DNA from: Phapecoctavirus DIJ07P2
Length of the DNA stretch: 64,000 nt
Sequence record: OZ035771.1
Direction: 5' to 3' (one strand)
Shown here: positions 9,471 to 19,654 of the stretch, piece by piece
How the letters are laid out: each line of letters starts with the position of its first letter
Position numbering within the stretch: position 1 is the stretch's first letter
Notes under the pieces: model-generated
What the model was told of the DNA's origin: nothing
What the model saw: the letters and a program-made list of their open reading frames with translations, nothing else
Databases searched by the model: none
Program-made: the position numbers and the translations under genes

Positions 9471-9681
9471 TGATACGCTCCACAGTTACTTTTACAACAT
9501 CGTCCATATTAATCTCATCCCCCAAGACCTCAATAACACCTTCCTCATAAAGTCTAGCACATTCTTCCCACACTTCAGCTTCCGTCATTCCACCTGCAAT
9601 CTTATTTGCAAGACCTTTAATAACATCTTCATTTTGTTCATCAACAAGAATTGAAACATTAAAGCTCACTAATTTACGCAT
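9463..9681 (-). CDS. hypothetical protein (72 aa)
   Basis: track ORF; ATG 9681 with SD aaggag. Confidence 0.4.
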   Translation of the reverse strand: MRKLVSFNVSILVDEQNEDVIKGLANKIAGGMTEAEVWEECARLYEEGVIEVLGDEINMDDVVKVTVERIND

Positions 9682-9691
9682 TGTTTTCTCC

Positions 9692-9859
9692 TTATACTTC
9701 TAAACGGAAAGTTTCTTTAGATACAAAATCGTATCCACCTTTTTCAAGCCAATCATTGTAAACCTCATCGGCTTGAGACTCTATCATAAAATACCGAGTG
9801 GTAACTTCGTCTCCGACAATACGCACAATTTTATAGCAAATCATGATACCATTTCCCAT
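9692..9859 (-). CDS. small hypothetical protein (55 aa)
   Basis: ATG 9859 overlapping upstream stop (TAATG), SD ggagga; stop at 9692-9694; below track length cut-off. Confidence 0.3.
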   Translation of the reverse strand: MGNGIMICYKIVRIVGDEVTTRYFMIESQADEVYNDWLEKGGYDFVSKETFRLEV

Positions 9860-10050
9860 TAATCTTCCTCCAGATCAATTTCATTATAACAATGTATACA
9901 GAAACCATCATTGTGCATATGTTGTTCATAAGACATATCTTTACCACAAGACCAACAACGGATATCCCCATCGTCCCATTCACGTTCTTCTTCGCCTTCA
10001 AATTCATCTGGTAGGTAAGGCATACCAAAATAATCTAAATCGTAACTCAT
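9859..10050 (-). CDS. small zinc-ribbon protein (63 aa)
   Basis: internal ATG 10050 with SD aggagaag preferred over track start 10155 (which would overlap the polymerase 3' end); CWSCG...CIHC. Confidence 0.4.
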   Translation of the reverse strand: MSYDLDYFGMPYLPDEFEGEEEREWDDGDIRCWSCGKDMSYEQHMHNDGFCIHCYNEIDLEED

Positions 10051-10059
10051 ATCTTCTCC

Positions 10060-10080
10060 TATAAAGGGGCAGAAGCCCCT
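10060..10080 (-). terminator. terminator/attenuator-like hairpin after DNA polymerase gene
   Basis: ggggcagaagcccc hairpin between polymerase stop (10100) and next start; followed on minus strand by TTTATAGG. Confidence 0.3.
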
Positions 10081-10099
10081 TATAAAACAATACGTTAGA

Positions 10100-12697
10100 T
10101 CAATGACAGGATGCCCAGGAATTACCCACATCATATCCGGCAGTAAGCTGAACATTAAGATTGTAAAATTCTCCAGCCTTAGTAACAGCTAAGGCAGCAA
10201 GTTCACCTGCCCGACTATAGGCTGTAAACCATCCACCTTTGGGAGATTCATGAATGTTAGCCCAAATTTGCCCTGTCTCTTTTTCCTTATTATGCTTCCA
10301 TTCTTCGACTTTAGCAAGGCATTCTTTATCAATCTTCTTTTGTTCTTCAGGATCGTCTACTTTCTTCCAACCTAATGATTCAGGTGAAAACCATTTAAAT
10401 TCTACAAGGTTACGAGAAACTTCAAGCTGGGCTTCATCGTGATATGCAATCATTTGTTGCACGAAATCTTTATTCTTCCAGTCATCTTTAAAGAAGTCAA
10501 CACTTAGTCCTTCTTCTTCGATCATGTCGTCATAAATAACCATTGCACGTTTAGCACAGATAACCCCACCACTTTGGAACAGAGAGTTAAGAATCGCGTG
10601 AGCAGAACGAGTAGGAACCTTACGACCGTCAATACCCAAAACATATTGTTTACCAGTCTTAACCCAAAAATCGTTTAAACGTTCTTTAAGACGCGCCAAT
10701 GGGAATGCAGCTTCCCAGAAAGCATCAAACACCAATTGACCTGTAAACTTATCGCTACCAATTGTTTTAGCAACCTTGTCGGCTTGTGCACCATAGGTAA
10801 TACCATACTTAACAGATTTAGCAGGACTACGTTCAAATTTACGTCCAATAGTTTCAGTGATACGTTTTGCCATCATTGTGTGAACATCGTTAGGTTTCTC
10901 TAACAACAGAGCGTTACAATATTCGTGTGGCTCCGGCTCGTACCGCCAACAGTAGTGTGATTCAATTTTTGCTTCCAAAGAGTCGAAGTCGTAGCCGATC
11001 TGGAAGTATTTAGGAACCTCTACACCAAACAAGTTACGCATCTCCCATCCAAACAAAGATGTGACACGAGGGATATTGGCTACAGACCTATGCTTCATAC
11101 GAGAGGTTGCAGCATCACATGTAGCGGCTGGGGTAGGAATACGCCCATCTGCCCTTACTGCGGCTAAGAAACCTTTATCGTATTCTTGATCTTCTTCATC
11201 TTCTTCCCAATCAGCACCGCCACCTAAAATAGAGTTCCTACGATGCTTATACGTTAAGTATTCTACAATCTGAGTAGCATAAGGAAATTTCTCACCCAAA
11301 GCTTGCAGGTTAGGACAAATTTCTTTTTCCTGACCTTTGGTAAAACATGGGTTAGTCAATACTTTAAGACCGCGACCTTTACCTTTTGCTATACGCTCTT
11401 GAATCTTCCTTTCCAAGGTTTCCGGTGTGCACTCCAGATGATCACAACGATCCTGACAAAAATTAGAAGATAGAGTTTGCTCAACGTAAGCTCGAATACC
11501 TTTCTGAAGTTCTTCCTCGCTCTTTTTAATCTTGGTGCCAGATTTAAGAGTCAAGTCTTTATCTTTATATTCAGACGGTACCCAACCTAATCCTACAAGC
11601 CAGTTTTTAATATGGGTTGTATCGTTCAATGTTGCAGGGATATTAGGATCACACAAAGGCTCATCTGCTGCAACTGGCAGTTTCCACTCTTTACCCAACA
11701 TAACTAACCACCAATCGCCATCCCTCTCTTCCAAATGACCATCATGTTTCTTAGCAAAATTGATCATATGGTTAGTTGGCTCTAAGTTCTTTTTAATTTG
11801 CAACTTAGGTGGAATAAAAGCCTTAAGATAACCTTTTGTTGCTGGTTTAGGTGGCAAAATAGGCTCAACGAGTAAACGAAGACGCTCCATTTCTGCATCC
11901 AAAAAAGCAAGGTTCTCTTCTGCTTGCTTCATGTTAAAAGCAAACCCACGGTGTTCCTGGCGTGTAATAATGTCTGCTACACGTTGTTCAAGTTCAAATG
12001 GACCTTCCCATTTATCATAATCACCCCATTCTTCCATGAGGTAATTATATACACTTGTGTTGGCTTTGTTATCATAGATACAGTAATAAAGCATATCCGC
12101 AGCAAAAGTCTTAAATCGATCTTCTTCTGGAATCTCTTTACGGAAATCTATTTTTACATCACCCCCTGCCTTTCGAGAAAGTGCTGCCAAGCTATGTCCT
12201 GATTTGCCCTCAATCTTTCGATCTGGGTTTAACACTTTACTCAAAATCAAGGAGTCAATAAGTTTTACCTTATTTTTGCCCCACGTATTATATTTAACAC
12301 TGTAATCTAAGCCATAAAACAGTTTTGTAGCCAACCAGTCATAGTTGATACCGTTGTGAGCCACAGCCATTTCAACCAGATATTCAGGCTTATCTTTAAA
12401 ATAACCTTCATGATTAATAAAGTCTGGGAAATCTTTTAGTTGAAAATGTGTGTAATCTTGCGCCACATACTCTTTAAGAACATATGTGTATTTACCATCT
12501 GACTCTTCATAAGGACGCCCATCAAAGATGTATTTAGGGCCATCGTGGAAAGCTACTATTTCTCCTGTTTCATGGTTCTCTAAGACAATACAGTGCATTT
12601 GAAATGTGTCTTTGAGACGATAAGGACTAGCTAAATAATCGATAGTATCATTATTCAACAATCCATTTGCTTCAATATCCCATGTAAACTTACTCAC
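10100..12697 (-). CDS. DNA polymerase, family A, with 3'-5' exonuclease domain
   Basis: 865 aa; Exo I-like FTWDIEANGL; motif B-like RSPAKSVKYGITYGAQ; motif C-like IAYHDEAQLEV; GTG start 12697 with SD aaaggagg. Confidence 0.85.
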   Translation of the reverse strand: MSKFTWDIEANGLLNNDTIDYLASPYRLKDTFQMHCIVLENHETGEIVAFHDGPKYIFDGRPYEESDGKYTYVLKEYVAQDYTHFQLKDFPDFINHEGYFKDKPEYLVEMAVAHNGINYDWLATKLFYGLDYSVKYNTWGKNKVKLIDSLILSKVLNPDRKIEGKSGHSLAALSRKAGGDVKIDFRKEIPEEDRFKTFAADMLYYCIYDNKANTSVYNYLMEEWGDYDKWEGPFELEQRVADIITRQEHRGFAFNMKQAEENLAFLDAEMERLRLLVEPILPPKPATKGYLKAFIPPKLQIKKNLEPTNHMINFAKKHDGHLEERDGDWWLVMLGKEWKLPVAADEPLCDPNIPATLNDTTHIKNWLVGLGWVPSEYKDKDLTLKSGTKIKKSEEELQKGIRAYVEQTLSSNFCQDRCDHLECTPETLERKIQERIAKGKGRGLKVLTNPCFTKGQEKEICPNLQALGEKFPYATQIVEYLTYKHRRNSILGGGADWEEDEEDQEYDKGFLAAVRADGRIPTPAATCDAATSRMKHRSVANIPRVTSLFGWEMRNLFGVEVPKYFQIGYDFDSLEAKIESHYCWRYEPEPHEYCNALLLEKPNDVHTMMAKRITETIGRKFERSPAKSVKYGITYGAQADKVAKTIGSDKFTGQLVFDAFWEAAFPLARLKERLNDFWVKTGKQYVLGIDGRKVPTRSAHAILNSLFQSGGVICAKRAMVIYDDMIEEEGLSVDFFKDDWKNKDFVQQMIAYHDEAQLEVSRNLVEFKWFSPESLGWKKVDDPEEQKKIDKECLAKVEEWKHNKEKETGQIWANIHESPKGGWFTAYSRAGELAALAVTKAGEFYNLNVQLTAGYDVGNSWASCH

Positions 12698-13491
12698 TAT
12701 TCCTCCTTTCTAATGTTCTCCAGAACCCACTGAAGTTCTTTTAAACTTAAACTTCTTACTCCCGCAGTTTTACTAGCTTCAGTTTTAAGTAACGGGTAAG
12801 CCTCAATGATACGTGTTTTAAGATCAGAAGTCAAGGCTTTTAAAAAATAGGTAGATGCTTCAGATAAAGAATCTTCTTCTGTTAGCACTTTACCTGCGCT
12901 TGCTCCGGCTCTCCTAACGGCTATGTCGTAGTCTTTGCTGTTACCTAATACGAACAGTCGATTCTCTCCTAAAACAACGGGAGAACGCTTCTGGCTGCGT
13001 TTAATCCATATTTGGAATACACAAGGAACATCCCAAGGTTCTCCATGAAGAATAAAAGATCCTTTGGGACACTCTTCTTCGTGAAGAAGATGCATATAAG
13101 GATTTAGTTTGTGTGCAAAAAAGATTTTTTGAAATGTGCGAGGTAAGATAAAACAAATACCACCTTCGTTATCCAGCATTTCAGCGCAATGGTTAAAGAA
13201 CTTAATGGCAAGACTAGCGTTTTTTCCGAATGGAGGATTACCAACAAAAGCCGTTACACTACCAACAGACTCAACAGATTGAGCTAAAAAATCTGCCTCA
13301 ATACAATCTTCAAACTTAGGGTCAATATCAAAAGAAGTTATGTTTTTAAAGCAAGAAGAGAAAGCTCCTTCTCCCGCAGATGGTTCTACGTAGTTAGCTT
13401 CCTCTCCAAAAATTTCTTTGATCTTATCACATAAGAACCCCGCATAAGCGGGGTTAGTGTAATATTGATCAAGTGTGTTCAACTTGCTCAA
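12697..13491 (-). CDS. DNA N6-adenine methyltransferase
   Basis: motif I-like EPSAGEGAF and motif IV NPPF; TTG start 13491 with SD aaggagg. Confidence 0.55.
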   Translation of the reverse strand: MSKLNTLDQYYTNPAYAGFLCDKIKEIFGEEANYVEPSAGEGAFSSCFKNITSFDIDPKFEDCIEADFLAQSVESVGSVTAFVGNPPFGKNASLAIKFFNHCAEMLDNEGGICFILPRTFQKIFFAHKLNPYMHLLHEEECPKGSFILHGEPWDVPCVFQIWIKRSQKRSPVVLGENRLFVLGNSKDYDIAVRRAGASAGKVLTEEDSLSEASTYFLKALTSDLKTRIIEAYPLLKTEASKTAGVRSLSLKELQWVLENIRKEE

Positions 13492-13500
13492 TAGTCCTCC

Positions 13501-13932
13501 TTAGTTGTTAGCGAACTCAATAGTGAGGTCAACTTTACCATCATCAGAAATAACCATGTTTTTGGTATTTTTAAAGATGATATCTACTTTACCTTCACTT
13601 ACACGACAGAATGCAACACCATCTGCAACTTTATCGATATAATATTTGTAAGAAAGAATACCCACTTTACTACGACCAGCACCTTTTGTGAAAGAAGGGC
13701 TTACATCGAAACGGAAACCTTTAGAAGAAACAACACGGTAAGAACGTCCAGTTGGGATATGTTCAATAACAGAGACATTGTTCTCAACAACTTTTACAGC
13801 AAACTCTTCAGGATGATCCTCAACAATCATGTGTGGGATGGCAAATGCCAACGCTTGTTTGTGTTTAATAACACCAGCACCCAGAGCACCAGCAGCTTTA
13901 ACTTTTGCATTCAGATCGATTGTCATACGCAT
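13501..13932 (-). CDS. hypothetical protein (143 aa)
   Basis: track ORF; ATG 13932 with SD aagaggag; own promoter upstream. Confidence 0.45.
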   Translation of the reverse strand: MRMTIDLNAKVKAAGALGAGVIKHKQALAFAIPHMIVEDHPEEFAVKVVENNVSVIEHIPTGRSYRVVSSKGFRFDVSPSFTKGAGRSKVGILSYKYYIDKVADGVAFCRVSEGKVDIIFKNTKNMVISDDGKVDLTIEFANN

Positions 13933-13965
13933 TTTTACTTCTCCTCTTGTTTGGTTGATGAGACA

Positions 13966-13994
13966 AGTATAAGTCCCTTCCGCAAAGTTGTCAA
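13966..13994 (-). promoter_or_regulatory. sigma70-like promoter (TTGACA-N17-TATACT) on minus strand
   Basis: plus-strand tgtcaa 13989-13994 and agtata 13966-13971; lies between terminator and ATG 13932. Confidence 0.45.
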
Positions 13995-14000
13995 CAGGTA

Positions 14001-14024
14001 TTTTTAATAAAAGGGCCGAAGCCC
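14001..14024 (-). terminator. rho-independent terminator after primase-helicase gene
   Basis: gggcttcggccc hairpin immediately after stop, followed on minus strand by TTTTATTAAAAA. Confidence 0.55.
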
Positions 14025-15803
14025 TTAGTAGTTGCTATCCGTAGGCAAATTAGCAGGATTGTTGAAATACTGCTCTTTGTCATGCAGAGTTGCAGTTCTA
14101 ATGTCATAGTAAAACTGCCCTGCTGGACCAGTCTCTGAGAACTCACGGTTTTTTAGGATAAAGCAATGAGTTGTATTACGTTCTACAGGGTCTTCAGCGG
14201 CTTTATCTCGTTCCAAAGCCAAAGTAATACCAGCGCCTTTAGCCAAGAAACTACTACCCATTGCATCGTCCTCTGTTAAGTGTTCATTGCCACCATTTGC
14301 CGATTTCTTAACGTGTGAGATGACGATAATAGTTATAGCATACTCTTTCATGATGCGCTTCAACCATGTTGCTAACTCTTCCTGGGCTTGAACATCCATA
14401 CCAGAAAGCAAATCAGAATAAGGGTCGATAACAAGAATTGTTACTCCAAAATAGATGATCATCTCCAAAACTTTTTCTTTGATAGACTCCACATCTGCTC
14501 CACGATCATCACACACATAAAAACGTGGTGATCCATCTTCTCTTTCGTAAAAATCTAGGATTTTTTCTTTATTCTCTTCCAAGATTTGAAATTTCTCTTC
14601 CGGTGTTTTCCTGTGTAGAGGAATATGCAGGAACGAGGACAACAGGTTACGAGAATATTTCTTATAAGTTGCTTCCAAGGACAGAATACCTAGGGTATGT
14701 TCTGGGTGCGCAACAATAATATGTTTGGTGATCTCGTTTACCATCAAAGTTTTACCGATACTGGTCTTTGCCAGGATGACTGTAATCTCTTCCTCTACTA
14801 AACCACCACCCAGCATATTTGCAGCAACACGCATAAAAGGAGGCAAGGTAATCATCTTGGATTCCAAGCATTCTAATGCAGCTTCATACAAGACATTAGA
14901 AGCATAAACACCTGCTGGGGTGTATAGACGAGCACTCCAAAAAGCTTTTACGAAATCTTTTGCACGACCTTCTTCCAGATACTGATTGGCATCCTTAAGA
15001 TCCATCTGCATACGGTAGACTTTGTTACGAGGCAGCACCTTAACAATATTTTCAAATGCCTCATTACCTGCTTTGTCATTATCCATGCAAACAATAATCT
15101 TCTTAAATTTTTCAAAGAAAGGGTATTGTGCCTGAACTTGTTTATACATACTGGTTTCACCAGTTGTGCCACTAACTACTGCTGGAAGTTCATATTTGTT
15201 GTCCAAGTTTTCAGACAGCATTTGATAAGCTGCCAGAGCATCGTGTTCACCACCTGTAATTACCACAGTATGAGAACGGTCTGCAAAACGAATTTGTCCA
15301 AAAAGATCTACATCTTTACCTACTTGACCAATAGGTTTACTGAAATCTTTAGGATGAATACGACGCTTAAAACCAACCAATTCTTTACCGATAGTAGTTG
15401 GATATAAACAACTTTCTACTACCATCTGATCCCCTTCCTGACGGTATTCATAACGAACACCATAGAAAGATGAAACTTTTTCTTTAATGCCTCGATAACC
15501 ACGTGGGTTGGTTGATGTTTCTTGAACAATTTTACGATGAATCTGTTTATTAAATTCCGAACCCACAATCTCCTCCTCTTCTTCTAAAACTTCACCATTT
15601 TCTCGTAACCATTCTACGCTAGGAATAGTGTATTCACACGCAAAGCACTTAGCACCTTTATGCTCTCCATTAGAATCTAATCCATAAACCATCAGGTTAT
15701 TACGAGAGCGATCCTTGCCATTTTTCATGCAGCGCGGACAACCTGTATGCCCTTCCTTGCTAAGATCAACATCAAATCCATATTTAGTTATAATGTGCGA
15801 CAC
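14025..15803 (-). CDS. bifunctional primase-helicase (T7 gp4-like)
   Basis: N-terminal Cys4 zinc ribbon (CPRC...CFAC); C-terminal Walker A ILAKTSIGKTL; GTG start 15803 with SD aggag. Confidence 0.75.
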   Translation of the reverse strand: MSHIITKYGFDVDLSKEGHTGCPRCMKNGKDRSRNNLMVYGLDSNGEHKGAKCFACEYTIPSVEWLRENGEVLEEEEEIVGSEFNKQIHRKIVQETSTNPRGYRGIKEKVSSFYGVRYEYRQEGDQMVVESCLYPTTIGKELVGFKRRIHPKDFSKPIGQVGKDVDLFGQIRFADRSHTVVITGGEHDALAAYQMLSENLDNKYELPAVVSGTTGETSMYKQVQAQYPFFEKFKKIIVCMDNDKAGNEAFENIVKVLPRNKVYRMQMDLKDANQYLEEGRAKDFVKAFWSARLYTPAGVYASNVLYEAALECLESKMITLPPFMRVAANMLGGGLVEEEITVILAKTSIGKTLMVNEITKHIIVAHPEHTLGILSLEATYKKYSRNLLSSFLHIPLHRKTPEEKFQILEENKEKILDFYEREDGSPRFYVCDDRGADVESIKEKVLEMIIYFGVTILVIDPYSDLLSGMDVQAQEELATWLKRIMKEYAITIIVISHVKKSANGGNEHLTEDDAMGSSFLAKGAGITLALERDKAAEDPVERNTTHCFILKNREFSETGPAGQFYYDIRTATLHDKEQYFNNPANLPTDSNY

Positions 15804-15815
15804 TTTGTTCTCCTG

Positions 15816-16094
15816 TTAAAATGGTTCGTTAGTCTCCATCATATATTCTGCTTCTAGTTCTTCCATGTGCTTTCTAAATTGGAAAGCAATTTCTGCTACA
15901 GTTACATTTAAATCTTTTTCAAAAACTTCTGTAGATCCTTCATAAAAACGAATACCGTCAATTAAAAGCCCTCCGTGGTAATCCCAATCACTTTCACGAG
16001 AAAGCGGATTAGGTTCTTCATAATAGTAATCCACCTCCACAACCAAGGCTTTCCCGTTATGAGTGGTGTATTCAAAATCAAAAGTGTTAATCAT
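15816..16094 (-). CDS. hypothetical protein (92 aa)
   Basis: track ORF; tight packing upstream of primase-helicase. Confidence 0.45.
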   Translation of the reverse strand: MINTFDFEYTTHNGKALVVEVDYYYEEPNPLSRESDWDYHGGLLIDGIRFYEGSTEVFEKDLNVTVAEIAFQFRKHMEELEAEYMMETNEPF

Positions 16095-17038
16095 TATAGC
16101 TCCTCAAATAAAAGTCTACGACGCTCATTCAACACATCAATGTGATAATGAGTCCTGACATACTTAGCTAATGCTAATCCTTTCTCCATGCAAACATCGG
16201 GAGCACTTAATAAGTATTCCGTAATATCTTTCCACTCGGAAGGTGTTTCAGCAAAGAATAACAAATCTTTAAACTCTTGTGTATGATAATTCTCACGAGG
16301 AGAGCAGATTAAAGGTAAACCCTTAGCACCTGCCTCAAGAATTTTAAGATTGCTTTTTGCATTATTAAACACGTTATCGACCAATGGTGCAAGACTGATT
16401 TGATGACCATCGTAAGATTCCATGTAGTTGGCATATGGTCTTACACCTTCATAAACACTAGTTGGTGCTACATTTTCTCTAATTACAGACCATTCACGAC
16501 TACTTAAAACTTCAGAATCCCTACGAAAACCACATATTGTAAGATCTTTACCAAAATCGGGCAAGATAGCCAAATCTTGTTTATGTGTTTCACTTCCAGC
16601 CCAGACTAATGGAGTTTTGGAGTAGCGATCACGGGTCAACACAAATTGACCTTCATCATAAGGAAGTCCATTAGGGATTATGTGCACATTATCATTGTAT
16701 TGTGAAAGTTCAACTTGCAAGGCAGGTGTCGTAGTTGTAACAAGATCACTGTGCTCTAAAAACCATTTTAAATGTTCACGAATACCTGATTCAAAAATAC
16801 CTTCTAACATGTGTCCTTTTGGAATAACTAAAGAGTCATCCAAATCCATAACCATTTTAAAGCCCAGGTTTTTAAGGGCTAAAAAGCCCTCTTTACCTTT
16901 TGTTGGCACTCCGTTAAAAACGAAAACGTTGTGTTTAGGTTGTGAAGAGAACTGCCTTGAGTAAGGCAGCACTACCCTATGGAAATCGCAGACACTATAA
17001 TTGATTCCGTTATGATTGTCAAGAATTATTTGTCCCAT
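16094..17038 (-). CDS. glycosyltransferase, GT-B fold (GT4-like), paralogue 1
   Basis: C-terminal motif NLKILEAGAKGLPLICS (E-x7-E-like); clear paralogy with next gene. Confidence 0.45.
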   Translation of the reverse strand: MGQIILDNHNGINYSVCDFHRVVLPYSRQFSSQPKHNVFVFNGVPTKGKEGFLALKNLGFKMVMDLDDSLVIPKGHMLEGIFESGIREHLKWFLEHSDLVTTTTPALQVELSQYNDNVHIIPNGLPYDEGQFVLTRDRYSKTPLVWAGSETHKQDLAILPDFGKDLTICGFRRDSEVLSSREWSVIRENVAPTSVYEGVRPYANYMESYDGHQISLAPLVDNVFNNAKSNLKILEAGAKGLPLICSPRENYHTQEFKDLLFFAETPSEWKDITEYLLSAPDVCMEKGLALAKYVRTHYHIDVLNERRRLLFEEL

Positions 17039-17045
17039 ACTTCAC

Positions 17046-18032
17046 CTACAAACTTTCAATAACCTGGCGTCGCAATTCGTTTGCATCTGCCAGATTATAA
17101 TGTGTTCGAACATGTTCCGCTAAGAACAAGCCGCGATCTTCCCGATAGTTCGGATTTCGAAGAAGCTTAACAATTTCGTAATGCCATTCTGCTTTATTCT
17201 CTGCATAAGCAACAGCGCGAGCATCTACAGGGTTAAAATAAGGTAATACCTTAGAACAAACAATCGGAATACCTTTTGCCCCAGCTTCAAGGATTTTGAG
17301 ATTACTTTTACAATTATTAAAATCATTATCTACCAAAGGAGCTATAGCAATAGCATGACTTTCGTAAACACTCATGTAATTATCTAAATCTTTTACAGCA
17401 GCTTTATATTTGGCATTTGGTAAATTTCTACGGATTTTAATCCACTCTTGCCCTGTGATACTCTGCGAAGCTTCATACCCCGCAATAGTAAGAAGTTCAT
17501 CATCAAAAGTGTTAGAGACTAGTCGTAAATCGGGTTCGTGACTAGCACCTCCAGCCCATACAATAGGGGTACCGGATGAACGATCATTTGACAAAGTGAA
17601 TTGTCCACTATCAAAAGGAAGTGCATTTCGGATCACAACAACATTCCTATTTAAGTGACGGATCTTATATGCCAAGTATTCCGTAGTCACAATAACCACA
17701 TCAGCAAGCTTAACCATAGCCACAATAGCATGAGTGTTTGACTCGTATAAACTTGCCAAATAATGCTCTGGATTAAGTTGGTAGAAATCATCTAAATCTA
17801 CAACAATCTTAACACCTTGACGTTTCAGGGACAGAACATATTCTGCCCCTTTAGAATGAATACGGTTAAACACGACAACATCTTTCTTAGGCTGAAAATT
17901 ATTGTTGTTAAATGGTACAACAATACGATGATAATCACAACCACTGTGAGGTTTTGCATCAATTTTCAGTTTAGTCCATTTTTTATTTGACATGTGCCAG
18001 TGCCTCCTCATAAGAAATTCGGATTTTCCCAT
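17046..18032 (-). CDS. glycosyltransferase, GT-B fold (GT4-like), paralogue 2
   Basis: C-terminal motif NLKILEAGAKGIPIVCS; similar length and shared blocks with 16094..17038. Confidence 0.45.
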   Translation of the reverse strand: MGKSEFLMRRHWHMSNKKWTKLKIDAKPHSGCDYHRIVVPFNNNNFQPKKDVVVFNRIHSKGAEYVLSLKRQGVKIVVDLDDFYQLNPEHYLASLYESNTHAIVAMVKLADVVIVTTEYLAYKIRHLNRNVVVIRNALPFDSGQFTLSNDRSSGTPIVWAGGASHEPDLRLVSNTFDDELLTIAGYEASQSITGQEWIKIRRNLPNAKYKAAVKDLDNYMSVYESHAIAIAPLVDNDFNNCKSNLKILEAGAKGIPIVCSKVLPYFNPVDARAVAYAENKAEWHYEIVKLLRNPNYREDRGLFLAEHVRTHYNLADANELRRQVIESL

Positions 18033-18666
18033 TTTTAATATCTTCTAAAGACGCTTTATATTCTTCCCAGTTAATGCCAATAGCAGCTTCTTTCTCTTCT
18101 TTTGTCAGATTAGCAAAAGGCATAGGATTGTTTCCAAAAACATCGTCTGGGTGGATATAAGCCATGATACGAAGTGGACAAGGTATTGCCTGAATACCCT
18201 GATTCAAACCAGCAGCTTTCAAACGGTGTACCCATTCAGCATCTTCAAAACCATAACCGTGAGTGTAAGGGCGGAAATAACCCATCTTCTCAACAACGGC
18301 ACGAGAATACATTGCAAATTGACACATTGCAAGTTCCCAGAGAATAACTTCTCCTTTACTCCCAACAACTTTATCTTTGAAATACTCCGGCATACCAAAG
18401 AAATCCCATCCTCCAGAGACAGCTTGATCTACAAAATATGTTTCCCATCCCTCCATGATTGGGTAGCAATCGTCGTCAAAAATAAACCAATAATCATAAC
18501 CTTCTTCATAAAACTGGTGCATAAGTTCATTCCTGGCGTAAGCTACACCTTTACGATCTGGATCGTTGAATACTCGAAAATCTGCATGTGGATCTGTTAC
18601 AAGATAGTCTTTAAGTGGACGGACACCTACAGTGATAACACCCACTCCGATTTTAATATTTTCCAT
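17983..18666 (-). CDS. putative glycosyltransferase (GT-A-like, acidic DDD motif)
   Basis: WFIFDDDCYP motif; 3' end overlaps next gene start by about 50 nt. Confidence 0.3.
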   Translation of the reverse strand: MENIKIGVGVITVGVRPLKDYLVTDPHADFRVFNDPDRKGVAYARNELMHQFYEEGYDYWFIFDDDCYPIMEGWETYFVDQAVSGGWDFFGMPEYFKDKVVGSKGEVILWELAMCQFAMYSRAVVEKMGYFRPYTHGYGFEDAEWVHRLKAAGLNQGIQAIPCPLRIMAYIHPDDVFGNNPMPFANLTKEEKEAAIGINWEEYKASLEDIKNGKIRISYEEALAHVK

Positions 18667-18674
18667 TTTCTCTC

Positions 18675-19238
18675 CTAGATAGTTTTACTGTGATCGTGAC
18701 AGTGTAATAAATGATGTATAGACCGTTGAGGATTTGTTTGACCTAATCTGTAAATGTGAAACAGATACATTCCCCGCATCAATCCTAACCTCTTTCCTTT
18801 TTCATGTAAAGTGCGAGAGAAAATTAGGTCGAATTGGATAGATTTTTCTTCGAAAGGAATTTCATTCCACAATGATTTTCTAAAAAGCAAAAAGAAACCT
18901 GCCAGAGGTGTTCCGAAAGGAACTTCTTCAACACTCACTTTATGATATTCTCTTGCAATCTTAGCATATTCTATATGGTTTAGAATATCTGGATCATCGT
19001 TAATTTGGTTAGAGAAAAGCTGATAACCACTACCTAACCTGTTACAAGTTGCACCTATTACATCAAAAGGCGGGTTTGACATAACAAGCTCTTCAAGCAT
19101 AGATGGTTGATCAGGTAGGAGGAACATTGTATCGGTATCTCTTAAGCACACCCAACTATCATCTGGAAGAACGGCAATAGCTTCATTGATAGCCTTGCCG
19201 ATATTTCCTGTCAGATAGGGAGTAATATAATAAATCAT
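18675..19238 (-). CDS. putative nucleotide-sugar transferase-like protein
   Basis: CLRDTDTMF acidic motif after N-terminal YYITPYLTGNIGKAINEAI; weak assignment. Confidence 0.3.
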   Translation of the reverse strand: MIYYITPYLTGNIGKAINEAIAVLPDDSWVCLRDTDTMFLLPDQPSMLEELVMSNPPFDVIGATCNRLGSGYQLFSNQINDDPDILNHIEYAKIAREYHKVSVEEVPFGTPLAGFFLLFRKSLWNEIPFEEKSIQFDLIFSRTLHEKGKRLGLMRGMYLFHIYRLGQTNPQRSIHHLLHCHDHSKTI

Positions 19239-19254
19239 TCTCCCCTCCGTTATA

Positions 19255-19446
19255 TTAACTGTCAGCTACAATCCCACGTTTAATCATCTCTTGTTGGATC
19301 TGGATCACACGATCTCGTGCTTCCATATATTCTTTAAAAGATTCTTGGAGATGATCACGAGCTACATCCCGTAGTTTAATCAGTTTGTCGTTTGTCACTT
19401 CTTGAAGAGAGATCTCGCCAGTTTCATTGGTCCCAAGCGTTTTCAT
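19255..19446 (-). CDS. hypothetical protein (63 aa)
   Basis: track ORF in tight gene string. Confidence 0.4.
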   Translation of the reverse strand: MKTLGTNETGEISLQEVTNDKLIKLRDVARDHLQESFKEYMEARDRVIQIQQEMIKRGIVADS

Positions 19447-19654
19447 TTACAACCTCCTTAATAGCTACTGCACAGTTCTTACAAATACATTGACCTTTGT
19501 TCTTAGAAATTTCAATGTAAGGTTCATTTTCGTTTTCTCCGCGTCGTGAGTCGTATATTACTGTATTGAAGCAGACAACGCAAATGTTTTTAATAACGAC
19601 ATATTTTTGCACTTTCTGTTTAGTGCGAAAATTGACTTCAATGACTTCTCCCAT
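19424..19654 (-). CDS. small zinc-ribbon protein (76 aa)
   Basis: ATG 19654 in ATGA overlap with upstream stop, SD ggggag; CVVC...CKNC. Confidence 0.4.
   Translation of the reverse strand: MGEVIEVNFRTKQKVQKYVVIKNICVVCFNTVIYDSRRGENENEPYIEISKNKGQCICKNCAVAIKEVVNENAWDQ

Noticed and set aside
18151-18678. Plus-strand ORF of 175 aa inside the glycosyltransferase region
   Set aside because: Antisense to two SD-supported minus-strand genes; no start context; atypical composition
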